In this document: positions 1 to 9,178 of the stretch, in pieces
Layout of the letters: each line of letters starts with the position of its first letter
Position numbering within the stretch: position 1 is the first letter of the stretch
From: a virus
IMG/VR virus record: IMGVR_UViG_3300044712_002679
Location: 52,406-116,405 of that record
Reading direction: 5' to 3' (one strand)
DNA length: 64,000 nucleotides
Position numbers and translations under genes: made by a program
Notes under the pieces: generated by a model
Database searches by the model: none
What the model saw: only the letters and a program-made list of their open reading frames with translations
What the model was told of the DNA's origin: nothing

Positions 1-435
1 TTAGTTGCATCCGAAGATATTATACCCAATATAGAAGAAAGAAAAAAATTAATAGATTCTTGTTGGATTCAAAATTATTGGTCAGCAACAATAAATCCAA
101 ATGGTGCATTTTTTTGTGAAGTCGCAGGGATGTTATCATATTTATATGATGGATTAAAAGGATATGATATTATAGAAAATCCTGATTGGTGGAAATTACC
201 ATTATCCGAATATAAAAATCAAATAGATTGGGCATGTAATAAATGTGGTGGTGCAATACCATTAATTCCTAGAAGATCAATAGAAAATATTGATGATATT
301 TCTATTAGTTCATTATCTAGATTAAAAAATATAAAATCCCCAAAAATTAAAAATGAATCATATATAATTTATAATAAAAATATTGATTACAACCAAGACA
401 GAAATGTTGCCTGGTATTGGGGAAAAGATGAATAA
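1..435 (+). CDS. hypothetical protein, 5'-partial (open from window start; CNKCGG motif)
   Basis: Frame 1 is open from nt 1 through the listed ORF 130..435 with no stop, so the N-terminus lies outside the window. Confidence 0.45.
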   Translation, partial: LVASEDIIPNIEERKKLIDSCWIQNYWSATINPNGAFFCEVAGMLSYLYDGLKGYDIIENPDWWKLPLSEYKNQIDWACNKCGGAIPLIPRRSIENIDDISISSLSRLKNIKSPKIKNESYIIYNKNIDYNQDRNVAWYWGKDE

Positions 436-436
436 A

Positions 437-478
437 TTATTTTTTTGGTTTTTTTTGGTTTTTTTGGTTTTTTTTAAT
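437..478. repeat. T-rich microsatellite (T6-8GG)x4
   Basis: Direct reading: ttttttggttttttttggtttttttggtttttttt between two genes. Confidence 0.6.
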
Positions 479-518
479 TTATTATTTATATTTGTATCGA
501 ATTTTAAATTATTAAAAA

Positions 519-707
519 ATGAAAAAAGAATTAATTTATTTACGAATTGTTGGTGCTGTTATTTTGACCTTTTTACTTTGGTTTGGGTTAGCACCAGCTG
601 CCTTTAATGTTGAACCAATTTTAGGTGCAATTGTTGTAATTGTTGCACCAATTTTGGATTATTGGCTAATTAAACCAATTTTTAAAAATAAACAAATTAA
701 TAATTAA
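519..707 (+). CDS. small two-helix membrane protein
   Basis: 62 aa with two hydrophobic stretches (VGAVILTFLLWFGLAPAAF, ILGAIVVIVAPIL); no overlap with larger ORFs. Confidence 0.4.
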   Translation: MKKELIYLRIVGAVILTFLLWFGLAPAAFNVEPILGAIVVIVAPILDYWLIKPIFKNKQINN

Positions 708-720
708 CAAAAAAATCAAA

Positions 721-1572
721 ATGAAAACAAACGTATTATTTTTAATTTTGTTACTGTTTACAACGATGTCAATGACATCTTGTTACAAAAATGTTGAACC
801 CAGACAGATTGGTATTAAAGTCAAAACTATGGGTAATAATAAAGGTGTTAAACCTGAACCACTTGAAGTTGGCCGTTATTGGATTGGTTATAATTGGGAT
901 TTGTATACATATCCGACAAGTATTACAATTTATCCATTTACACAAGATTCAATTGAAGGTAGTCCAGTAGATGAATCAATAAAATTTCAGGATAAAGATG
1001 GTTTAGCTTGTAGTGTTGATATCGCAATATCTGCATATGTAAATAAACAGAAAGTATCTGATGTTTTCCAAAATTATGGTGGTGAAATGGTAGAAATTAT
1101 CAAAAATTATGTAAGACAAGATGTATGTAATAATTTCATATCTTTTTCAAGTAACTATCCTGCTGAAGAATTATATTCAACCCGAAAAATGGAAATGTTA
1201 GCATATGTTATTAATAAAGTTAAAGATAAGTATAATCCGAATGGTGTAATTTTAGATGATATCGCATATAAAAGTGATATTCGTTTGCCTGAAAAATTAA
1301 AAACCGCAATTAATGATAAAATTGAAGCTACCCAATTAGCATTAAAAGCAGAAGCCCAAATTCAGCAATCGACTGCTGAAGCAAATAAAATGATCGCAAC
1401 TGCTAGGGGTGAATATGTTAGGGATTCACTTCAAGCTGAAGCAAATATACTGTTATCTAAATCACTTACACCGCTATTGGTTACTATGAAAGCTTATGAA
1501 CGATGGAATGGTCAACCTTCAACATATTCTGGAAACGGATCTCCATTACCATTGATATTACAATCTAAGTAA
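721..1572 (+). CDS. SPFH/band-7 (prohibitin/HflC-like) domain lipoprotein
   Basis: N-terminal signal plus lipobox-like MSMTSC. The C-terminal coiled-coil ...AKAEAQIQQSTAEANKMIATARGEY...QAEANILLSKS is typical of SPFH proteins. An intrinsic terminator follows. Confidence 0.65.
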   Translation: MKTNVLFLILLLFTTMSMTSCYKNVEPRQIGIKVKTMGNNKGVKPEPLEVGRYWIGYNWDLYTYPTSITIYPFTQDSIEGSPVDESIKFQDKDGLACSVDIAISAYVNKQKVSDVFQNYGGEMVEIIKNYVRQDVCNNFISFSSNYPAEELYSTRKMEMLAYVINKVKDKYNPNGVILDDIAYKSDIRLPEKLKTAINDKIEATQLALKAEAQIQQSTAEANKMIATARGEYVRDSLQAEANILLSKSLTPLLVTMKAYERWNGQPSTYSGNGSPLPLILQSK

Positions 1573-1590
1573 ATAATAAGTAATAAATAA

Positions 1591-1621
1591 AAAAAGTCCA
1601 ATTTAATTTGGACTTTTTTTA
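1591..1621 (+). terminator. rho-independent terminator
   Basis: Palindrome aaaaagtccaaattt/aaatttggacttttt followed by a T-run. Confidence 0.7.
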
Positions 1622-1699
1622 TTTTATATAGAATTTGTTTTTTTGTTATTAAACTTTTACATAATAAAAGTATATCAATAAAAAAAGATAAATTCTATT

Positions 1700-2641
1700 A
1701 TGTATAAAGAAAAGAAAAAAGTATTAGTTACTGGTGGTGCAGGATTTCTTGGATCACATCTTTGTAAAAGATTACTTAATGAAGGTAACGAAGTTATATG
1801 TCTAGATAATTATTTTACAGGTTCAAAATCAAATGTAAATCATTTATTATCTAATCCCAATTTTGAATTGGTAAGACATGATGTTACAATACCATATTTT
1901 ATTGAAGTTGATGAAATTTATAACCTTGCTTGTCCGGCTTCACCAATACATTACCAATATGATCCAATTCAAACCATAAAAACATCAACAATTGGTGCTA
2001 TAAATATGTTAGGATTAGCAAAAAGATTAAATGCAAAAATATTACAAGCAAGCACTAGCGAAGTATATGGTGATCCAAAAGAACACCCTCAAACTGAAAG
2101 TTATTGGGGAAATGTAAATCCTATCGGAAAAAGATCATGTTACGATGAAGGTAAAAGATGTGCTGAAACATTATTTATGGATTATCATCGTCAAAACAAT
2201 ACCAAAATTAAAATAATTCGAATATTTAATACATATGGACCAAATATGAATCCTGATGATGGTCGAGTTGTATCAAATTTTATAGTTCAAGCAATTAATA
2301 ATAAAGATATTACTATATATGGTAGTGGGAATCAAACACGAAGTTTTCAATATGTAGATGATTTGATAGAAGGTATGATTCGTGTTATGAATACTGTCGA
2401 TAAATTTACTGGTCCAATAAATATCGGTAATCCAAATGAGTTTACTATATTAGAATTAGCTGAAAAAATAATTAAATTAACTGGTTCAAAATCTAAAATA
2501 ATATATGAACCGTTACCATCAGATGATCCTACACAAAGAAAACCAGATATTAGTTTGGCAAAAAAAATAATTAATTGGGAACCAACTATACAACTTGAAG
2601 AAGGATTAATAAAAACAATAAAATATTTCAAAACATTATAA
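1700..2641 (+). CDS. uxs: UDP-glucuronate decarboxylase (UDP-xylose synthase), SDR family
   Basis: [13 protein letters not shown] Rossmann motif, [27 protein letters not shown] catalytic YxxxK region. Collinear with UXS1/ArnA-decarboxylase family across 313 aa. Confidence 0.9.
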   Translation: MYKEKKKVLVTGGAGFLGSHLCKRLLNEGNEVICLDNYFTGSKSNVNHLLSNPNFELVRHDVTIPYFIEVDEIYNLACPASPIHYQYDPIQTIKTSTIGAINMLGLAKRLNAKILQASTSEVYGDPKEHPQTESYWGNVNPIGKRSCYDEGKRCAETLFMDYHRQNNTKIKIIRIFNTYGPNMNPDDGRVVSNFIVQAINNKDITIYGSGNQTRSFQYVDDLIEGMIRVMNTVDKFTGPINIGNPNEFTILELAEKIIKLTGSKSKIIYEPLPSDDPTQRKPDISLAKKIINWEPTIQLEEGLIKTIKYFKTL

Positions 2642-2642
2642 T

Positions 2643-3236
2643 ATGGAAGAATTAAAAAAAGAACGCAAAAAAAGAACAACTAAAATAAAAGTTCAAGATC
2701 AAAATGTAGAATTTTCTGTTCAAGATGTTCAAAATGAAGAAATTCCTGTAAAAAAAGAACGTAAAAAAAGAACAACTAAAATAAAAATTCTAGATATTCA
2801 AGAAGATCAAGAAAATTCTATAAAAAAAGAACGCAAAAAAAGAACAACTAAAATAAAAGTTCAAAATATTCAAAATCAAGAAGACCTAGAAGAAAACCAA
2901 GAAGATGACCAAGATATATCTACCGATGATGTGAAAAAAGAAAGAAAAAAAAGAACAACAAAAATCAAAATAGATGAAACCATAACTAATGATAATGATA
3001 ATGAAAAAAGAAAAAAGAAAAAAAGAAAAGATACAACACACTCTATTAAAAAAGATAATTGGTTAGATGAAAAAGTAAAATTAAAATATGATCATAAAGG
3101 AATACCCAAAAATACAATTTTAACAATTATTCAACCACCAAACGGTGAAACAAATGATCAATTGTATATTTGGGTAGAATGGCAAAATATTAAAATAAAA
3201 ATTTTACAAATGCATATATTTTTCGTTAAAGTATAA
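2643..3236 (+). CDS. Lys-rich repeat protein (5 x KKERKKRTTKIKV units), possible nucleic-acid binding
   Basis: Five near-identical ~20-aa basic repeats are visible in the protein and as ~60-nt DNA repeats at 2650-3010. Confidence 0.5.
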   Translation: MEELKKERKKRTTKIKVQDQNVEFSVQDVQNEEIPVKKERKKRTTKIKILDIQEDQENSIKKERKKRTTKIKVQNIQNQEDLEENQEDDQDISTDDVKKERKKRTTKIKIDETITNDNDNEKRKKKKRKDTTHSIKKDNWLDEKVKLKYDHKGIPKNTILTIIQPPNGETNDQLYIWVEWQNIKIKILQMHIFFVKV

Positions 3237-3241
3237 GATTT

Positions 3242-3787
3242 TTATACTTTAACGGATTTTTCAAATTTATATAATCTGTATTTACAATCTGGTAATAATT
3301 TTATTTTTGAATAACAATCACCTTCATATTTAATTTCATTTTTTGGCTTTTCTATATGTTCTATTCCAATATATTTAAGAATATCATTAGTTCTTTCATT
3401 TTTATATTCTATCGGATAGGTGTTTGGAATTCTTTCTTTAACTATAACCTTATCATCTATAATATACGTATCATCACCTAAATATTCAATAATATCTATT
3501 GTATCTGTACCATTTAGATAAGATATAACTAAAAGATTTGCATCTTTTTCTTGATTTGTTCTAATATAAATATCATATCCCACTTTAGGGATTACTAATT
3601 TTAGATCAGTATTATCAATATTGGTGTATGTATAAAATTCCGTATTAGATTTGTTTAATACACATTTAGTTTTAAATGATCTATCAAAAAGAAATTCAAG
3701 AATTCTAAATATTATAATACTTTTTGATCCAATTTTATTAAATCTAACTAAATTGTCATTTTTTAAAAAATCATTATAATCTTTCAT
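3242..3787 (-). CDS. hypothetical protein
   Basis: 181-aa ORF with a TAA stop, no conflicting ORF, and a GDDxYI hairpin motif like the small-protein family. Confidence 0.45.
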   Translation of the reverse strand: MKDYNDFLKNDNLVRFNKIGSKSIIIFRILEFLFDRSFKTKCVLNKSNTEFYTYTNIDNTDLKLVIPKVGYDIYIRTNQEKDANLLVISYLNGTDTIDIIEYLGDDTYIIDDKVIVKERIPNTYPIEYKNERTNDILKYIGIEHIEKPKNEIKYEGDCYSKIKLLPDCKYRLYKFEKSVKV

Positions 3788-3834
3788 ATTGTTTTTTTAA
3801 TTATATATTAATAATTAAATAAAAATTGTGTAAT

Positions 3835-4044
3835 TTACAATTTTTCCATATATTTTGGGTGATCTTTTAACCATTGGAAAATATTTATTTTTCCGTTTCC
3901 ACCTTGACACCAACAAATAGTACAAGTATATTGATCATCTTCCATATATTGACAGTCTGGACAATCAATTTCTATTTTTTTGATATCATTAAATATATCA
4001 TTATTAATTTCTTCCATCGGTAATTGTGTGAATGTGTTCAGCAT
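3835..4044 (-). CDS. small Cys-rich (CPDC...CTIC.C) protein
   Basis: 69 aa with CxxC...CxxCxC, a zinc-ribbon-like pattern. Confidence 0.4.
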   Translation of the reverse strand: MLNTFTQLPMEEINNDIFNDIKKIEIDCPDCQYMEDDQYTCTICWCQGGNGKINIFQWLKDHPKYMEKL

Positions 4045-4222
4045 CTAATATTTCTGTTGATGCGATTAATTCATAATATTCGAAATCAAGAGATGAATTT
4101 TCATTTAATACATCAATCCCCTGCCCCATTAAATCTTCAATGTAATTTTTTGTTCTTGACATAGTAGTATATTTTTGTTGTTTTAATTGTACAAATATAT
4201 GAATATTAAATGAAATTAACAA
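4004..4222 (-). CDS. hypothetical small protein
   Basis: 72-aa ORF that tiles between its neighbours. Confidence 0.3.
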   Translation of the reverse strand: MLISFNIHIFVQLKQQKYTTMSRTKNYIEDLMGQGIDVLNENSSLDFEYYELIASTEILDAEHIHTITDGRN

Positions 4223-5019
4223 ATAATTTTTTCGAATTCTGTATAATCCTTATCTAAAATTATAATATAATTGTGTATTTTTTTGGAAAATTTTTCTTTT
4301 TCTATACACAAATCTAAATGTTTATTATACCAATATGATGATTTTATTTCAACTATTAAATCAAAATCAGGTAAATAAAAATCAGAATGATATATTTTAT
4401 CAATATCTAAATATTTATATTTGATTGATAACCCATTTTCTATTTTAACTTTATCTTTATATTTCATAATAAAATCTTTTTCATAACTTCCTTGGTATGT
4501 TAAAGTATCTATATGTTGAATCAAAAGACCATATTTCAATTTTTTATTAAAGAAATCTATATTTTGCGATGGATATTCAACACCATATTTTTTAATATTT
4601 GTATTTTTTATTTTATCTTTAATATATTCTGATTGAAATGGATTTTTTACACCATATTTTTTTAAATTAGTATTTTCGGTATTTTCCTTTATTTGTTTAT
4701 TTTGTTGTGGATTTTCAACACCATATAATTCCAAATTTGATTCTTTTATTTTATCTTTTATTTTATCTAATTGAAATACATTATCAACACCATATTTTTC
4801 TTGTATCGCAATTTGTCTTTTTTTATTTATACAATCTTTATTATTACAATAATATTTTTCGGTATTATTTTTCGTCATATTATTATATGATTGATAAACA
4901 ACATTCTTTATTTGTCCACAATTATCACATTTAGCTTCCACTTTTTTGTGACTATTAAGTGGTAATTTTTTAATGTGTATTATTTTGCTGTGTATTTTTA
5001 TTTCTTTTGTAATTAACAT
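4216..5019 (-). CDS. zinc-ribbon + triple KKYGVxNP repeat + C-terminal PD-(D/E)XK nuclease-like protein (homing-endonuclease-like)
   Basis: N-terminal CDNCGQ...YCNNKDC. Three tandem ~20-aa repeats (LYGVENPQQN, KKYGVKNPFQSEYIKDKIK, KKYGVEYPSQN). C-terminal motif DFYLPDFDLIVEIKS fits PD-x(n)-E-x-K. Confidence 0.45.
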   Translation of the reverse strand: MLITKEIKIHSKIIHIKKLPLNSHKKVEAKCDNCGQIKNVVYQSYNNMTKNNTEKYYCNNKDCINKKRQIAIQEKYGVDNVFQLDKIKDKIKESNLELYGVENPQQNKQIKENTENTNLKKYGVKNPFQSEYIKDKIKNTNIKKYGVEYPSQNIDFFNKKLKYGLLIQHIDTLTYQGSYEKDFIMKYKDKVKIENGLSIKYKYLDIDKIYHSDFYLPDFDLIVEIKSSYWYNKHLDLCIEKEKFSKKIHNYIIILDKDYTEFEKIIC

Positions 5020-5116
5020 AAACTTTTATTTTTTTTTTTATTATATAATTATATATAAAAAAATATTGATCCCACACCATCAATATCAATATTTTTAAAA
5101 AATAATTTTTAACATA

Positions 5117-6343
5117 ATGAAAATTAAAGTATTAGTAATCAACTCAGACATGGATGGGGTGGGTTATCACCGTTTATTATCACCATATATGTGTTTTAAT
5201 GATCCAGATATTGAAGTTGATATAAGATTATTAATGGACAGTACACTACCTTTACATGATGAATTTTTTATGTCACAATATCAAATTCTTGTTTTTAATA
5301 AAGGTATACCGTTTTCTAAACCAGAATACAAAGAAAATTTCAAAAATATTTTAAAGAAATATAACATAAAAACTGTTTTTGATATTGATGATGGTTGGAT
5401 ACTTACAGATTCCCATCCAAATTTTAAGATTTGGAAACAACAAAATGGTCAAAAAATGGTTGAAGATCAATTACGTGAAGCTGATGCGATAACAACAACT
5501 ACAGATTTTTTAGCTAATAAAATTCGTGAAATTAATCCTAATGTAACAGTTGTTCCAAATTCTGTTAATTTGAAAGAACAGCAATGGTGTTCAAATAAAT
5601 TACCAAGGAATAATGATAAAATTAGATTTTTATGGGGTGGTGGTATCACACATATGGTTGATCTACGCTTATTAAAACCAGCATTTGAAGCTTTTGATAA
5701 ATCATTTTTAGAAAAAACACAAATGTATCTATGTGGTTACGATTTAAGGATGAATACGCCCCAAGGTATGAAAAAAGATGATCCAAGACGATCACATTGG
5801 ACGTTTTTTGAATCTATATTTAATAATAATAGAAAATGGATTAAAAATGCTGAATATAATTCTTGGTTAATGAAAGCAGAAGATAATGGTAGGGATAATT
5901 ATGGGTATATGGAAAATTTTAAAAGTGAATTTTACCAAAGAAGATGGACTAAGCCGATTATTACATATGGAACAATGTATAATGATGCTGATGTTGTTAT
6001 TACACCATTAAAAAATAATTTATCATTTAATCAAGTAAAATCACAATTAAAGATAGTAGAAGCTGGCGCACATCATTGTCCAATTATATGTTCTAATTAT
6101 GGTCCATATACGATAGATGATATTGAAGGTAAATTAGATGGAAAACAAAAAGGATTTTTGGTTGATGAAAATACAGATAGTCCAATGAAATGGTATGAAT
6201 GTATGAAATATTATGTAGAAAATCCTGATAAAATTAAAGAACATGGTGAAAATTTATTTGAACATGTTCGTGATAATTATTCGATAGAAATAGCTAATAA
6301 AAAAAGATCAGAACTATTTAAAAAATTAGTAGATAATAATTAA
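5117..6343 (+). CDS. putative GT-B fold glycosyltransferase (GT4-like)
   Basis: ADAITTTTDFLANKIREINPNVTVVPNSV resembles the GT4 ...AD.vi.vS.....-.V.PNGVd block. 408 aa. A UXS gene lies nearby. Confidence 0.4.
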   Translation: MKIKVLVINSDMDGVGYHRLLSPYMCFNDPDIEVDIRLLMDSTLPLHDEFFMSQYQILVFNKGIPFSKPEYKENFKNILKKYNIKTVFDIDDGWILTDSHPNFKIWKQQNGQKMVEDQLREADAITTTTDFLANKIREINPNVTVVPNSVNLKEQQWCSNKLPRNNDKIRFLWGGGITHMVDLRLLKPAFEAFDKSFLEKTQMYLCGYDLRMNTPQGMKKDDPRRSHWTFFESIFNNNRKWIKNAEYNSWLMKAEDNGRDNYGYMENFKSEFYQRRWTKPIITYGTMYNDADVVITPLKNNLSFNQVKSQLKIVEAGAHHCPIICSNYGPYTIDDIEGKLDGKQKGFLVDENTDSPMKWYECMKYYVENPDKIKEHGENLFEHVRDNYSIEIANKKRSELFKKLVDNN

Positions 6344-6351
6344 TAAAAGAT

Positions 6352-6639
6352 ATGAAACAGTTAATAATAATAGTTTATAAAATAAATGTCGATGGATTAT
6401 CCCGTTCTCGAGTAGATGAACAAATTGATATTTTAAATCATTCATATTCTTTAACAAAAGATGAAGAATTAAAAAATGATTATATAATAAGAGAAATTTG
6501 GTTACCTATTACTGAATCACCGTCAGATGTTAAAGTTATATATCCAGTAACTTTAGATAATGAACAATTAGAAGATTTGATAAATGATTTAAAAGTTGGA
6601 TTAATTAATGATAGAAGTTTTAAAGACATTCAATTATAA
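6352..6639 (+). CDS. hypothetical protein
   Basis: 95-aa ORF immediately after the GT gene. Confidence 0.35.
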   Translation: MKQLIIIVYKINVDGLSRSRVDEQIDILNHSYSLTKDEELKNDYIIREIWLPITESPSDVKVIYPVTLDNEQLEDLINDLKVGLINDRSFKDIQL

Positions 6640-7357
6640 TCAACCAAATATTGAAATATTTAGTGATAAAAATTCATTAAAATTTGGTCCAAGTGGTTTT
6701 CGTAAAAAATTTGAAATTATAAAAGAAAACGAATTTTATATTTTAAAAATAAATGGAAACCAATGGATGATGTATGATACAATAACACACCTTCAAGCAT
6801 CACAATTATTTGCACATTATTATATTGCATCTGGTGATGTAATTGTAACAGGATTGGGTTTTGGTATTCGTGAAAATTGGTTATTAAATAAATCAAATAT
6901 TAAATCATTAACAATATTGGAAAAAAATGAAGATATTATAGAATATCATAAAGCATTCAATCCAATTTTATTTGAAAAAGCGACAATAATTAATTGTGAT
7001 GCAAAAACATATAAAGGTAAATGTGATACTTTATTATTAGATCATTATGAATTTGAATCATTGTTTGAAATTACTAATGATGTCAAAATGATTTGTTCTA
7101 ACATTGAATGTGATAAAATGTGGTTTTGGCACGTAGAAACTCAAATATTGGCAGATTTACATCAAACATATGAACAAAATATATGTGAAAGATTTAGAAA
7201 TGGTGAATTTAAGTTTAATGTTGATACACTTAAAAATGTAAAATATGCTTATGAATGCATTAAATCAAATAATAATTTATCAAAATTACCAGATTTAACC
7301 CAAGAGGAATTACAATTAATTTTATCAATATATACGCATTTTTTTCAAAAAATGTAA
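6608..7357 (+). CDS. possible Rossmann-fold SAM-dependent methyltransferase
   Basis: DVIVTGLGFGIRE resembles motif I (hh-D/E-h-GxGxG). LTILEKNED (motif II acidic) and LLLDHYEF (motif IV) follow. Confidence 0.35.
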   Translation: MIEVLKTFNYNQPNIEIFSDKNSLKFGPSGFRKKFEIIKENEFYILKINGNQWMMYDTITHLQASQLFAHYYIASGDVIVTGLGFGIRENWLLNKSNIKSLTILEKNEDIIEYHKAFNPILFEKATIINCDAKTYKGKCDTLLLDHYEFESLFEITNDVKMICSNIECDKMWFWHVETQILADLHQTYEQNICERFRNGEFKFNVDTLKNVKYAYECIKSNNNLSKLPDLTQEELQLILSIYTHFFQKM

Positions 7358-7427
7358 AATATAATTCTTTTAAATTGGCATTTAAAGATTATTTTTCATT
7401 AGCATCTAATTTATTAGATGCTTTTTT

Positions 7428-7817
7428 TTATATAATATTATATTTTGATCCTTTTCTAATATAATCCAAATTTCCTAGACATTTAGGATCATATTTAAAT
7501 TTTTTAACATATTCTGCTGAATTTTTAAGAAATTCCATTTTGAATTTATTTTTAAATTTTTCAAGTATTCCCGAACTGGTTCCTTCTTCTAAATAATATA
7601 TATCGTCATCTGATCCACGTTCTATTATAACTGAATAATACTTATTATTAGTCATAAATATTATTTTATAATTATCACCAATTCTTTTTGTATGTATTTC
7701 AGACCAATCTGAATTCATTATTTGTTCAAAGTTTTTATACCAATATATATTTATAGTATCATCTTTATCACCAATTGATTCATTCATTGTGTTTATAAAA
7801 TCTGAATATTGTAACAT
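7428..7817 (-). CDS. small-protein paralog family member (GDDD hairpin, C-terminal SKYNII)
   Basis: YYSVIIERGSDDDIYYLEEG core plus C-terminal ...GSKYNII. The 3' end carries the conserved AAAATATAATATTAT DNA element. Confidence 0.5.
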   Translation of the reverse strand: MLQYSDFINTMNESIGDKDDTINIYWYKNFEQIMNSDWSEIHTKRIGDNYKIIFMTNNKYYSVIIERGSDDDIYYLEEGTSSGILEKFKNKFKMEFLKNSAEYVKKFKYDPKCLGNLDYIRKGSKYNII

Positions 7818-7863
7818 AATTTATAATTTTATTTTTAATATATATTAAAAATAATATTCAATT

Positions 7864-8589
7864 ATGATTCTTTCTGGTAACACAATAGATTTTAGAAATA
7901 TTAAAAATTCACAAGAATTAACTACAGTATTAAATAGCTTAAACAATCAAGGGTTTGGATATTTTAATGAATATAATGCACATAAAGCTAAAATTGATAA
8001 TATGGTTATTAAACGAAATACTTTAAATATTGAAGAATCTAAATATAGTTCTGAAATTAATAATTTAAAAAATTTAAAAGATTATAATGAAATACAAAAT
8101 AAAATAAATGATATATTTTCTAAATGGTCATCCGATGATAAAATTATGGAATATATAAATACATTTTCCATTACACCAACTAGTGTAGGAAAAACACCCG
8201 ATACATCAAATAATAAAGATAATGTTATTATTGACTGGTGGAAATTTAAAAAACGATATAATTTAAAGGATGAATTCGAACCAAATTCAACTGTAAAATT
8301 TTATAATTTGGATAAAAAAACAATTAAGATAAATTTTGGAAAAAATTATAATTTTGAACAATTCTATAAATTATTATATAATGAAAACTGTCCAGATTTA
8401 GATAAAATATATTTTCTTGGTGATTGGGCAGATTTAGGTAAAATTAAAATGAAAAAATATCAAAATGGTAATGTTGAATTAGATGGTGACTTAGTGTTAT
8501 ATAAAGAATATTTTTATAAATATTTAGTTAATGCTAGGTGGCATAAAAATATAATAATATTATATAATAATAAGATAACAAAATTTTGA
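7864..8589 (+). CDS. hypothetical protein
   Basis: 241-aa ORF. Confidence 0.45.
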   Translation: MILSGNTIDFRNIKNSQELTTVLNSLNNQGFGYFNEYNAHKAKIDNMVIKRNTLNIEESKYSSEINNLKNLKDYNEIQNKINDIFSKWSSDDKIMEYINTFSITPTSVGKTPDTSNNKDNVIIDWWKFKKRYNLKDEFEPNSTVKFYNLDKKTIKINFGKNYNFEQFYKLLYNENCPDLDKIYFLGDWADLGKIKMKKYQNGNVELDGDLVLYKEYFYKYLVNARWHKNIIILYNNKITKF

Positions 8590-8701
8590 TTATCAAATTA
8601 TCTAATGTTTTCATATATTTTTGAAAATTATGTCACAAATACACATAATTTTTTTAAACTTAATTGTTAATTTTTTATAAATTAAATAAAAAATTTACTA
8701 T

Positions 8702-9124
8702 ATGAAAAAACTATTTTTATTATTAACAATATTATTATTTAATATTGGATTATTTGCGCAAAATCAGCGATATTATGATGTTAGAAATTATATCATAAAT
8801 TTAGGTTATACGATAGATGAAACTTCAAATGTTTGGCATCAAAATTTAACTGAAAAAGAATTTTTTTATAATTATAAAACTTATTATCAGGATACTGAAT
8901 ATATATTAGTTGCCTTTTCACAAGATTTGGATGTTTTAGATATTGATTTATGGTTATGTAATACTGATAATAGTATCTTTAAAAAGGATACAGATATCGA
9001 AAATTCAGCAGTTTTAACTTTTTGTCCTGCACAAAATTATTATATGAAGACTGTTGTACAAAATTACAGTTCGAATTATCCAACTTACCCATCTACGTGT
9101 TGGTTGATTATTGGATATAAATAA
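8702..9124 (+). CDS. secreted hypothetical protein
   Basis: Signal peptide MKKLFLLLTILLFNIGLFAQ with an AQ/N cleavage context. A terminator follows. Confidence 0.5.
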   Translation: MKKLFLLLTILLFNIGLFAQNQRYYDVRNYIINLGYTIDETSNVWHQNLTEKEFFYNYKTYYQDTEYILVAFSQDLDVLDIDLWLCNTDNSIFKKDTDIENSAVLTFCPAQNYYMKTVVQNYSSNYPTYPSTCWLIIGYK

Positions 9125-9131
9125 ATAAAAA

Positions 9132-9157
9132 AAGGTAGTTTTTAACTACCTTTTTTT
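9132..9157. terminator. bidirectional intrinsic terminator between convergent genes
   Basis: aaaaaaggtagtttttaactacctttttttt: stem ggtagtt/aactacc flanked by an A-run and a T-run. Confidence 0.65.
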
Positions 9158-9178
9158 ATTTTTATTTTATAGAATGGT

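Noticed and set aside
2347-2679. Listed minus-strand ORF antisense to the UXS gene. Similar cases are 383..607, 4707..4934, 5467..5649, 9912..10202, 14647..14865, 14744..14983, 16462..16674, 17784..18071, 21958..22146, 23056..23391, 23815..24366, 24421..25041, 25285..25500, 27505..27717, 33675..33881, 37843..38028, 38782..39006, 41935..42300, 42297..42485, 44339..44569, 45206..45388, 45944..46171, 48179..48370, 50666..50857, 51080..51545, 54106..54351, 56699..56962, 57468..57832, 59053..59490 and 62370..62872.
   Set aside because: Each lies inside or antisense to a longer ORF with recognisable homology or coherent architecture. They are typical low-complexity shadow ORFs of an AT-rich genome.
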